This document shows positions 56,475 to 64,000 of a stretch of 64,000 nt of DNA, piece after piece. The stretch is from IMG/VR virus record IMGVR_UViG_3300037755_000512; one strand, given 5' to 3'. The position numbers and the translations under genes were made by a program. The stretch is from a virus. A model generated the notes under the pieces. The model saw only the letters and a program-made list of their open reading frames with translations, did no database searches and was not told where the DNA came from. Each line of letters opens with the position of its first letter. Position 1 is the first letter of the stretch.

Positions 56475-56565
56475 TAATCGCGATGGTATCACTGGCTGTG
56501 ATTGTATACACCTTTCAGGTGGTGTTCTGGTTTGATTGGGTGGTGTTGTGTGGGAAATCAATTAA

Positions 56566-56826
56566 GTGGAGAGCTTCAAAACTAAAGTACCTGATACCGT
56601 TCTTTTTTGTGATAGAAATTATAAACGAAACGAAATGATAATCCAGATTCTTATTCTAGCCTACCTGATCCAATTGTTTTACATCGGATACGTCAAGCTT
56701 TTTGGAGACCCCATTAGCGACAAAGCGTTTTTGGTCTGGATGTTTCCGTTTGTAGCTCCTCTGGTTTATGTGATCGGAGAGTTTACGGGATACTTCGATG
56801 ATGATAACGATACAGGATTCGCATAA
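56566..56826 (+). CDS. small membrane protein
   Basis: 86 aa, hydrophobic helices. Confidence 0.35.
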   Translation: MESFKTKVPDTVLFCDRNYKRNEMIIQILILAYLIQLFYIGYVKLFGDPISDKAFLVWMFPFVAPLVYVIGEFTGYFDDDNDTGFA

Positions 56827-56838
56827 AGCTTAGAAACC

Positions 56839-57099
56839 ATGATAACAATCACAGCGCAGAAAAGACAGGACATTGAGCTTGTTAAGGAAGCTCTAAATCA
56901 CTATGGATTCCAGTATCACGTTGGGGTGACAAAGAAATATAGATTCTTTGGGCCTCCTGTTTTTAAGCTGAAGATGTATTTCTTCCCGTCTATTGAATTT
57001 ATGGAGGAGCTTGTAAAGAAGGCGATTGACGTCGATGATTTTGAGAATGCCGAGCGCATAAGGAGAGTAATTTTTGCACGTAAAAACCAAATACAATGA
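56839..57099 (+). CDS. hypothetical protein
   Basis: 86-aa ORF. Confidence 0.4.
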   Translation: MITITAQKRQDIELVKEALNHYGFQYHVGVTKKYRFFGPPVFKLKMYFFPSIEFMEELVKKAIDVDDFENAERIRRVIFARKNQIQ

Positions 57100-57353
57100 A
57101 TAACATTTTTGAAAACACAGCTGAGAACTTCATGGATCACAGTTTTTTCCTGACAGAGGAAGAAGCAAAGAAAAGCTCAATCTTCACAAAAGCGCATGAG
57201 CTGTTTGGTTTTCTACACAATGGTGGCGGGGATGTCTTAGATGGAGATACACTTCAGGAACACTCAGATAATGTGGTTTTCGCCGCTAAGGAGCTGATCG
57301 ACGCATATAAAGGCAAATTCGTTCGTGAGTACACACCTGTAAGGAAGAAATAG
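57096..57353 (+). CDS. hypothetical protein
   Basis: 85-aa ORF with coupled start/stop. Confidence 0.4.
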   Translation: MNNIFENTAENFMDHSFFLTEEEAKKSSIFTKAHELFGFLHNGGGDVLDGDTLQEHSDNVVFAAKELIDAYKGKFVREYTPVRKK

Positions 57354-57629
57354 ATGTACAGGGATAAGCAATACTTTTTAACAACCCTCTCCGACTTGAC
57401 CGAGCTAGAGCAGAGGTCTCTCATAGAGGCCTTCAATGAGCTGGGTTATAAACTTCCACCAGATGAGAATTTACAGTGTGAGTTGCATAGTGTGGAGAGC
57501 GGGCTGGAGGAGCTTCAGGATGAAGTAAATGATTTGCAGCGCGACATAACCAACCTACAAACGGCGGTGCATGAACGCGACTTGGCGCTGGAGGAAATAA
57601 AAGAACTATCAACAAGATTTGAGAAATAA
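57354..57629 (+). CDS. hypothetical coiled-coil protein
   Basis: 91-aa ORF. Confidence 0.4.
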   Translation: MYRDKQYFLTTLSDLTELEQRSLIEAFNELGYKLPPDENLQCELHSVESGLEELQDEVNDLQRDITNLQTAVHERDLALEEIKELSTRFEK

Positions 57630-57907
57630 TGCTGAACACAAAAACGCCCAACCTTGGCCACGGCCTCAGTCTAGGTACCTTTACGCCAGACCCGTCGGGT
57701 CCTGATTCCACAACAATAGAGATAAAAATCTCGCCATTAACCCACGGATTTGTGTGTGAGATAGGACTTCAAACAATAGCGGTAGAAAGAACTGACGACC
57801 TCATATTAGTACTGCGGAGGTATTTGGAAAACCCAAGCAAAACAGAAAGAGATATTCTGGCACTTAGGAATTTCAAAAACACTTTCTTGAACGTAAAAAT
57901 TCAATGA
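57629..57907 (+). CDS. hypothetical protein
   Basis: 92-aa ORF. Confidence 0.4.
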   Translation: MLNTKTPNLGHGLSLGTFTPDPSGPDSTTIEIKISPLTHGFVCEIGLQTIAVERTDDLILVLRRYLENPSKTERDILALRNFKNTFLNVKIQ

Positions 57908-58212
57908 AAGTCCTGTTGATCATATTCTTTCTGTGGACGGACCAGTATATACTGTTCGATAAGAAATCCAATAAGGTGGGCAGTATGGCTGTTCATGGGG
58001 ATACGTTGTGGCTAAAGATCAACGGATACAAAGCGGACACATTTGTTGTTGAGTTTACTGAGAGGATTGTAGAAGGCAAACACTACGCAGTAAAGAATGA
58101 CTATTCATTTGGCATAATAACAGTAAGGTACGACATAGTACACGTTGACCTGATCATTAGCGGGAATCAGCATTTGTACAGGAGGTATTATTTGAAACGA
58201 AAAACAAATTAA
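57904..58212 (+). CDS. hypothetical protein
   Basis: 102-aa ORF. Confidence 0.4.
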   Translation: MKVLLIIFFLWTDQYILFDKKSNKVGSMAVHGDTLWLKINGYKADTFVVEFTERIVEGKHYAVKNDYSFGIITVRYDIVHVDLIISGNQHLYRRYYLKRKTN

Positions 58213-58309
58213 TTTTTTATGGGACATGTAATTCAGGTGGATATGGATAGTTCTATCAGAAATGCTACAGACTTAGCGTATCGTGAAGTTCTAAGAGCAA
58301 AAGAAAAGC

Positions 58310-58618
58310 ATGGAAACAAGCTGTTTGCATCTATTCATGAAGGATATGCGGTATTACTTGAAGAGGTTTCCTCTACCTAATGCGGGGAATCAATCAAAGA
58401 GGCTAAATATTGGCATGGAACTTATTAAAACCGAACGCCAGCGTCAGATCACAGAAGAAGGATTGGTTCCAGAACTGACGATGCTCATGATTCAGGAGAA
58501 CTTGGGCGTGCCGGTTACTGCTATGAAGCTGTATATTTTTATTCGACTGGGTACGTTTCTCATAATTGGCCGTGGGAAGACAGATGGCGGAAACATAAAG
58601 ATAAGATACGTAATTTAG
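58310..58618 (+). CDS. hypothetical protein
   Basis: 102-aa ORF. Confidence 0.35.
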   Translation: METSCLHLFMKDMRYYLKRFPLPNAGNQSKRLNIGMELIKTERQRQITEEGLVPELTMLMIQENLGVPVTAMKLYIFIRLGTFLIIGRGKTDGGNIKIRYVI

Positions 58619-58830
58619 TCCGCGCAGGCGCTTTGTATTTGGCGGAGTCAGATAAGCAGATTCGTGAAGGCGACACTATTAAAAGTGATTACTGGTATGA
58701 GCGCGCATTACTGACAGCCAAACTTATCGACAGTGATGATAGTGAATTAAAAAAAATCTAAGCATCTCCATAAACAAACAAGAAGCACTTGAGCGCCTTA
58801 CAGCCTAAGAGGGTTGCTAAACTAAACCAC

Positions 58831-59031
58831 ATGGCAAAGAAAAAACTAACAACGAAGAACTTCGATAAGGTTATGGATAATCTTAAGAAATATTTCAAGG
58901 AAGAAATTAAAGGAACGGGAGAGTCAAAACTTTTTCTTATGTATTTCAATAATTGTCTTGATGATTTGGCCGCTGAAGATGCCTTTGGGACTGAGGGTCA
59001 GTTGGATCCAAGGGGAGATCAGAGGGATTAA
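58831..59031 (+). CDS. hypothetical small protein (ATG-initiated part of ORF 58789-59031)
   Basis: MAKKKLTTKNF...; upstream 39-bp sequence duplicated at 60631-60669. Confidence 0.3.
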   Translation: MAKKKLTTKNFDKVMDNLKKYFKEEIKGTGESKLFLMYFNNCLDDLAAEDAFGTEGQLDPRGDQRD

Positions 59032-59040
59032 CTGAGAGGG

Positions 59041-59418
59041 TTGCAGAAAATGCAAGTAATTAAAGATATACTTAGATCTATCACCTGTGATGTCATGGGG
59101 ACGACTGTACAAATAAACGTACACGTCGACAAGACATACGGTTCCAGATTATACCTACAAGCAAGCTACGTGGCGCCATGCACGAAAACTGGGGGATCTG
59201 AGCCGTGGTTTGGCCGGAAATGGTACCTGTCGTCACACATGACCAGAGACGAAGTGGTAAAGACCGCATTCGCTGCATTTAAGGCAGCTGTTGAGCATGA
59301 GGTCATGGAGGGATTTAAGTTCAACGGGAAGATTGTGTTTAATCCGCATGTGTCTTTTGAGGCCCTGCTAAGCATAACGGATCAGGAAGTTTCGCGTCAC
59401 ATAGTTGAAAAAAGATGA
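59041..59418 (+). CDS. hypothetical protein
   Basis: 125-aa ORF. Confidence 0.4.
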   Translation: MQKMQVIKDILRSITCDVMGTTVQINVHVDKTYGSRLYLQASYVAPCTKTGGSEPWFGRKWYLSSHMTRDEVVKTAFAAFKAAVEHEVMEGFKFNGKIVFNPHVSFEALLSITDQEVSRHIVEKR

Positions 59419-60035
59419 TTGATAACATAGACATAATAAAGCCATTATTGAGTTTCGATGATGAGGGTGATTTTTACATGCTATATATATTTGTACGCAA
59501 GAAAGATCAGACCACGGACAAGGCGAATCACCAGTCAGTGAGGACAATCAAATCGTACTGCATTGACTCGACTGAACATTTGGAGAAACGGTACGATGAG
59601 ATAAAAAAGTTGGCAGAAATGTTTCGTGCAAGGGTGTATATCCATATTCAAAAACAAAACCACAAGGACGTGGCGATGGATATGATTGTTGCGATTGCCG
59701 ATAGAATTAAGTCGGGCCAAATTAATCAGAAATATGTTTTTGATTCTGTCGTTGGAAGCGTTAAGGCGAGGGAGAAAAGATGGATTGTTGATGTTGATGT
59801 CGATAAGTTTAATGGATCGAACGCAGAGATGGCATTTTATATAAACGTGCATTGTATGCCGTTTTATCAAAGAAAAATAATCTCTGTTGTTCCAACGCCA
59901 AATGGAGTTCATTTAATAACTAAGGGGTTTGATGTAGCAAAATTCAAAGAGAGGTACCCATACATCGAGATACATAAGAAAAATCCGACGCTGTTGTATT
60001 ATCCGGAGAGCTTGAACGAGTCTGGAGAGGGTTGA
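59415..60035 (+). CDS. hypothetical protein (carries the degenerate target of the oldest CRISPR spacer)
   Basis: 206-aa ORF; imperfect protospacer at 59438-59468. Confidence 0.45.
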   Translation: MIDNIDIIKPLLSFDDEGDFYMLYIFVRKKDQTTDKANHQSVRTIKSYCIDSTEHLEKRYDEIKKLAEMFRARVYIHIQKQNHKDVAMDMIVAIADRIKSGQINQKYVFDSVVGSVKAREKRWIVDVDVDKFNGSNAEMAFYINVHCMPFYQRKIISVVPTPNGVHLITKGFDVAKFKERYPYIEIHKKNPTLLYYPESLNESGEG

Positions 60036-60038
60036 AAA

Positions 60039-60419
60039 ATGGAAGCTAACGAACTCCGCATAGGGAACATGGTAAAGTACTCCGATCAATTCGGGGAAGA
60101 TTTTGATTTTGTGATAGAAATCGGTAGTGAATCTTGTCTGTTGGAGAATTACGGAGAGCTGTTTTATTATAATGGTCTTGAACCCATCCTTCTTACTCCT
60201 GAATGGCTGGAAAGAGCTGGTTTTGAATTAAAAGGAAGTCGTTATTACCACCATAAGTATAGTGGTCTGCCATTAGAATTTGAATTGGGTGCTTGGTTCT
60301 TAAAAATTGATGACCACCCCTATGCTGAACCCCTGTATGTACATCAGCTCCAAAACCTTTATTTCGCACTTACAGGAGAAGAGTTGAGTTTTAATTTAAA
60401 TCAATTTAAAAGAAAGTAA
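60039..60419 (+). CDS. hypothetical protein
   Basis: 126-aa ORF. Confidence 0.45.
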   Translation: MEANELRIGNMVKYSDQFGEDFDFVIEIGSESCLLENYGELFYYNGLEPILLTPEWLERAGFELKGSRYYHHKYSGLPLEFELGAWFLKIDDHPYAEPLYVHQLQNLYFALTGEELSFNLNQFKRK

Positions 60420-60600
60420 TGGCAGACATATCCATGTGCGATAATGCCTTGCGCCCCCTCAGAGAGGGTTTGTTAACTTGGTAAAGAAGATGTAGTGCTC
60501 AAACATCTCTTGGAATCTTCCTTGGCTGGGGGGCAAGAAGTGTTTACTGGGTGAGCATGGAGAAATTAATTTAACCGAAATTTAACCTAACATTAATATC

Positions 60601-60990
60601 ATGGATTTATCCAACAAACCGGCATTCATAAACAAACAAGAAGCACTTGAGCGCCTTACAGCCTTAGAGGCAGAAGCGAAGAAATTAAGAACCGTCATAG
60701 GAAGCGAACCAAAAAAATCAAAAGAAGAGCGATTTTGGGAGCTAATTCTTCGGACGGATTCGGTTAAAATGTGTAAGGAAACATATCCCAATTCAATTTT
60801 TGGGTTCAGGGGTGAGGATTTTTTGTGGGAGTACGATTCAGAAAATCGCCATCTATGGTTAAGTTATAGGCTTATTTGGTCGGTTCTTGAAGATGAATAC
60901 TCACTGCAACACCATGATATTCAGGCATATATAAAGACGGAGGTAGAACAGCGTTTCAAAACACAGGCTGTGACACCTAGACGTCTTTGA
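60601..60990 (+). CDS. hypothetical protein; the 3' end of the ORF runs into the first CRISPR repeat
   Basis: 129-aa ORF; last ~16 codons are translated repeat/spacer sequence (VEQRFKTQAVTP), so the real stop may be earlier or the gene may be disrupted by the array. Confidence 0.3.
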   Translation: MDLSNKPAFINKQEALERLTALEAEAKKLRTVIGSEPKKSKEERFWELILRTDSVKMCKETYPNSIFGFRGEDFLWEYDSENRHLWLSYRLIWSVLEDEYSLQHHDIQAYIKTEVEQRFKTQAVTPRRL

Positions 60991-61689
60991 TGCCCCTCAA
61001 CACAATAGGTAGAACAGCGTTTCAAAACACAGGCTGTGACACCCACACATCCTCGGGATGATCGATCAGTACTGGTAGAACAGCGTTTCAAAACACAGGC
61101 TGTGACACCCCAGCTTTCTATACACCAGCACACCGGTCTGGTAGAACAGCGTTTCAAAACACAGGCTGTGACACCATACTTAGGGGTTTTGGTGTGTCTT
61201 GGTCTGGTAGAACAGCGTTTCAAAACACAGGCTGTGACACCTACTTTTGAAGATCAGTGTCAACGTAGTTGGGTAGAACAGCGTTTCAAAACACAGGCTG
61301 TGACACCGGACCCCGACAAGAATTGTGTCCTTGAGTTGGTAGAACAGCGTTTCAAAACACAGGCTGTGACACCCACGCGCGGTCGAGTACGGTCATGCTA
61401 TAGGGTAGAACAGCGTTTCAAAACACAGGGTGTGACACCAGATTCCTTTCATGCAGGGCACAGCCAACAGGTAGAACAGCATTTCAAAACACAGGGTGTG
61501 ACACCTTTCAGCCGACCCATGAAACGAGACACGTATGGTAGAACAGCATTTCAAAACACAGGGTGTGACACCAAAGCCGTTATTGAGTTTCAATGATGAG
61601 GAGGTAGAACAGCTTTTCGGAGTAAAAATATCCACTAATGTCAAGTTTAAGGTATATAAAACTGGCAGAACAACACTTCAAAACGAAGA
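60942..61689 (+). CRISPR. CRISPR array: 10 intact 36-bp repeats (GGTAGAACAGCGTTTCAAAACACAGGCTGTGACACC), 30-31-bp spacers, plus 2 degenerate terminal repeats
   Basis: Read directly: repeats at 60942, 61008, 61074, 61140, 61206, 61272, 61338, 61404, 61470, 61537; repeats 8-10 carry point mutations and two further decayed copies start at ~61603 and ~61654, so the leader is at the low-coordinate end; no cas gene or anti-repeat seen in the window. Confidence 0.9.
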
Positions 61690-62275
61690 GGGGACGCCTG
61701 ATAGGTGTATCACGGACAAGGCGAGCAGGGTTGTTTCGATAAAAAGGTTAAGGTGATGTATTATGGGGCCAATTACAGGCACAGAGAACGACCACAGTTT
61801 TTAGGCGCAGGGGAAGCTGTGTTTTTGGAGATCTACCGCCACAGAGCCCCTGTTAAAGCCCTGCATGTCGTAATTCTTACGCGAGAATCTTAAGTGTTAA
61901 TTTTACCCAGGATTTGGGCTCCTACAAAAGTGGCGACCTATATACCTGACGGGGACGAAACGAAAAGGAAAAACGCGAATTTCGAGGGGGGTGGGGGTTC
62001 ATTTCTGGCAAAAAAAATAGGAAAATAGGGGAAATGAGAACGAAATTAAGGTATTGGATGGCAAGGCGAAATGACCGCACCGGTCTACCTTGGAAGGTTG
62101 ACCTAATAATGTAAACAGTTGATTATCAGTAGTATTGAGAGAAAAAACACGTTGTCTGACCTATAAACCAGACAACAAATACACATTGGGAATATGCAGC
62201 CATTCGGTTGCATATCCGCGTGTCCATATACCTAACAACCGCAACGCTATAATCCATCCCGATAGCCAGCACTGA

Positions 62276-62323
62276 AGTCAGCCTATAACCTGACAAACTA
62301 CGACCAAAAGTCAGCCTATAACC
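62276..62323. repeat. two direct copies of an 18-bp site with palindromic arms (GTCAGCCTATAACCTGAC), plus a variant at 62155
   Basis: agtcagcctataacctgaca ... agtcagcctataacctgacg; variant gtctgacctataaaccagac at 62155-62174 next to a CCAGACAAC iteron. Confidence 0.5.
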
Positions 62324-62420
62324 TGACGAAATCATCATAACTCGAACAAGCTTTTTCTAGCAACCAGAAAAATAATCTCATTGACTGTGATAAATTATTG
62401 GCAAACTAAACAACAAGACG

Positions 62421-62981
62421 ATGAAAACACCACATCCATCCGGCCAAGCATACAAAAAAATCATCCCATCCGACCGCAAGCATTACGAAAAACGGGCCAA
62501 AGTTTTCGCCGACAAGGCCAAAAGACGTATACACAAGCACCATAGAAAGACCTCGCAGGTATACCGAAACTGGAATATCCAAAAGGTTGGTATTGCGTAC
62601 TCCTATTATACGCTCGACGTGGCGATGGAACATACCCGCAAGGGATTCCAGCAACAGTATGGACAAAAACTTAGACCTGCCTCTATGAGGTTTCTTTGTT
62701 GCGTACATTCATATTGCGCATACACCAACCAAAGTACATTCACCTATACAGACCTGTATGACTGGATTGCAAAGCACGAACATGCACCACGGCTATTAAT
62801 ATTCACACCACGAGAGGTTTCTACCCGTATAGGGGAACTACTGAAGCTTCATTTTCTCAACCCTCTCCCGTACCATGCCTTCACTCCCACGCATCGCATG
62901 AACCTGATCATGAAAATGATGGAGAGTAACCATCGCATGATACTCGACAAGCATTTTCCAATAGACCAACCAGAAAAATAA
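62421..62981 (+). CDS. basic hypothetical protein (186 aa) flanked by ~30-50-bp direct repeats
   Basis: Lys/Arg/His-rich N-terminus; the 3'-terminal sequence caaccagaaaaataatctca[c/t]tgactgtga also occurs 30-60 bp upstream of its start (62361-62392 vs 62968-62999). Confidence 0.45.
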   Translation: MKTPHPSGQAYKKIIPSDRKHYEKRAKVFADKAKRRIHKHHRKTSQVYRNWNIQKVGIAYSYYTLDVAMEHTRKGFQQQYGQKLRPASMRFLCCVHSYCAYTNQSTFTYTDLYDWIAKHEHAPRLLIFTPREVSTRIGELLKLHFLNPLPYHAFTPTHRMNLIMKMMESNHRMILDKHFPIDQPEK

Positions 62982-63447
62982 TCTCACTGACTGTGAGCAA
63001 GTTACGCTCATCGCGTAAAAATTATTTGCGTATTGTTTTGGTGCTTTGAGTAAAACCTACGATCATTGCATATCGAATTGACGCAACAACGCGGGGGCCA
63101 GATGGGCCCACAATTCGCTCCCTCCTTTGAAGTGCTTAACTTCCCATGGTGTTACACGGATATTAACAGGTACACTAAGGACTCATAATAGTTTGCGGTC
63201 ATCGTTGTGAAACGTAGCGAGCAGGAGGCCTTCATAAGGTTTTTAAAAAGCACTTTGACCCGACAAACTGATGAGCGGGACATATTATACCCAAAACGCA
63301 AACTTACGAGGGGTGGTACCCTTTCTGGTAGATGTTCTAACCAGATTAAGTAAGGGAGATGCAGGGCCAAAGATCAATGCTAAAAGCATCGAAACATCCC
63401 ACTAGAAATAGTGGGTGGGTTTTTGTCAAACTAAAACATCAAAAACC

Positions 63448-64000
63448 ATGAAAACAATTTATTTGTATGACGGCCATTCGAACAAAGTTTCGTTTCAGTA
63501 CAATGATATTTCTGAGCTAAAATCAGAGCTAGAAAAAAGAAATATCACCATCGGAAACAGGGTCACCATCGGAGACGGGGCCACCATCGGAGACTGGGCC
63601 ACCATCGGATACGGGGCCACCATCGGATACAGGGCCACCATCGGATACGGGGCCAACATCGGAGACAGGGCTAGAATCGGAGACGGGGCCAGCATCGGAT
63701 ACAGGGCCACCATCGGAAACGAGGCCACCATCGGAGACAGGGCCACCATCGGAAACAGGGCCGGCATCGGAAACGAGGCCACCATCGGAGACGGGGCCAC
63801 CATCGGATACAGGGCCACCATCGGATACAGGGCCACCATCGGATACGGGGCCACCATCGGAGACTGGGCTAGAATCGGATACAGGGCCAACATCGGATAC
63901 AGGGTCACCATCGGAAACGAGGCCACCATCGGAAACGAGGCCACCATCGGAAACAGGGTCAGCGTCGGGTTCGAGGCCACCATCGGGGACTGGGCCACCA
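63448..64000 (+). CDS. hexapeptide-repeat (left-handed beta-helix-like) protein, 3'-truncated by the window end
   Basis: ATG at 63448 preceded by a TTTTGTCAAAC box; after ~35 aa the frame encodes >25 tandem [TA]IG[DNY]xA hexapeptides from an 18-bp DNA tandem repeat (accatcggaNacNgggcc). Confidence 0.45.
   Translation, partial: MKTIYLYDGHSNKVSFQYNDISELKSELEKRNITIGNRVTIGDGATIGDWATIGYGATIGYRATIGYGANIGDRARIGDGASIGYRATIGNEATIGDRATIGNRAGIGNEATIGDGATIGYRATIGYRATIGYGATIGDWARIGYRANIGYRVTIGNEATIGNEATIGNRVSVGFEATIGDWAT
63552..64000 (+). repeat. 18-bp tandem DNA repeat array (>=25 copies) underlying the hexapeptide-repeat ORF
   Basis: accatcggagacggggcc / accatcggatacagggcc ... continuing to the window edge. 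Confidence 0.8.

Noticed and set aside
60921-61644. ORFs 61036-61596 (+), 60921-61223 (-) and 61393-61644 (-) predicted across the CRISPR array
   Set aside because: Their periodic peptide repeats (VEQRFKTQAVTP..., CSTRP...VTACVLKR) are simply translations of the 36-bp repeat in different frames; they are artefacts of the array, not genes
60942-61689. Possibility that the array belongs to an RNA-targeting (type VI-B, 36-bp repeat) system
   Set aside because: Protospacers lie on both coding and non-coding strands of their target genes (S1 is sense and S3 antisense relative to mRNA), and a conserved DNA flank (NNNT[A/C]AA) is present, which fits a DNA-targeting type II system better
63495-63998. 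Minus-strand ORF with PMVAS[FY] repeats
   Set aside because: It is opened by the same 18-bp tandem repeat. The plus-strand frame gives a known fold signature (hexapeptide LbH), has an ATG and an upstream promoter-like box, and matches the local plus-strand gene orientation, so the antisense frame is more likely spurious
63552-64000. 18-bp tandem repeats as a possible second CRISPR-like array
   Set aside because: The units are contiguous with no intervening unique spacers and keep an open reading frame encoding hexapeptide repeats; this is a protein-coding minisatellite, not CRISPR

Overview
This window looks like most of a temperate phage genome with a Bacteroidota-type host (many gene starts are preceded by a TAnnTTTG '-7'-like box). 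The layout is: a plus-strand early/replication module (1-13.5 kb), a long minus-strand lysis and virion module (13.7-45.4 kb), a minus-strand block of small accessory genes (45.4-50.9 kb), a dense cluster of about 18 tRNA or tRNA-like genes on both strands (51.2-53.9 kb), two small accessory blocks (54.1-55.0 kb and 55.3-60.4 kb), and finally a 10-spacer CRISPR array (60.94-61.69 kb) followed by a basic-protein gene and a hexapeptide-repeat gene that runs off the window end. Early-module products I can support are a tyrosine integrase, a two-HTH CI-like repressor, GroES, a YqaJ exonuclease, SSB, an AAA+ ATPase, a primase-helicase, a minimal ligase-like nucleotidyltransferase, a DUF1064-type nuclease and endonuclease VII. 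The 45-51 kb block includes a 3D-domain peptidoglycan hydrolase, a nucleotidase fusion and a truncated, frameshifted methyltransferase fragment; the 54-56 kb blocks include an SPFH protein with a secreted HExxH partner and an HD-domain alarmone-hydrolase-like protein. The structural module, read along the minus strand, runs large terminase, portal, proline-rich scaffold, major capsid, small virion proteins, an 1859-aa fibre, a 1149-aa fibre/spike, then 430-aa and 1955-aa internal-virion-like proteins. The central finding is the CRISPR array: 36-bp repeats, 30-31-bp spacers, repeat decay toward the high-coordinate end, and 7 of 10 spacers that perfectly match protospacers elsewhere in this same window, all with the same 3' flank NNNT(A/C)AA, as expected for a type II Cas9-like PAM. 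An eighth spacer, the oldest, matches imperfectly with the PAM destroyed. No cas genes or tracrRNA are visible. Other things worth a look: tRNA-like elements with defective or missing arms, including a 45-nt acceptor-plus-T-arm minihelix; long perfect inverted repeats; iteron arrays near the integrase gene and upstream of the basic-protein gene; direct repeats bracketing gene cassettes; an 18-bp tandem DNA repeat encoding [TA]IGxxA hexapeptides; and a domain shared between two fibre-region proteins.
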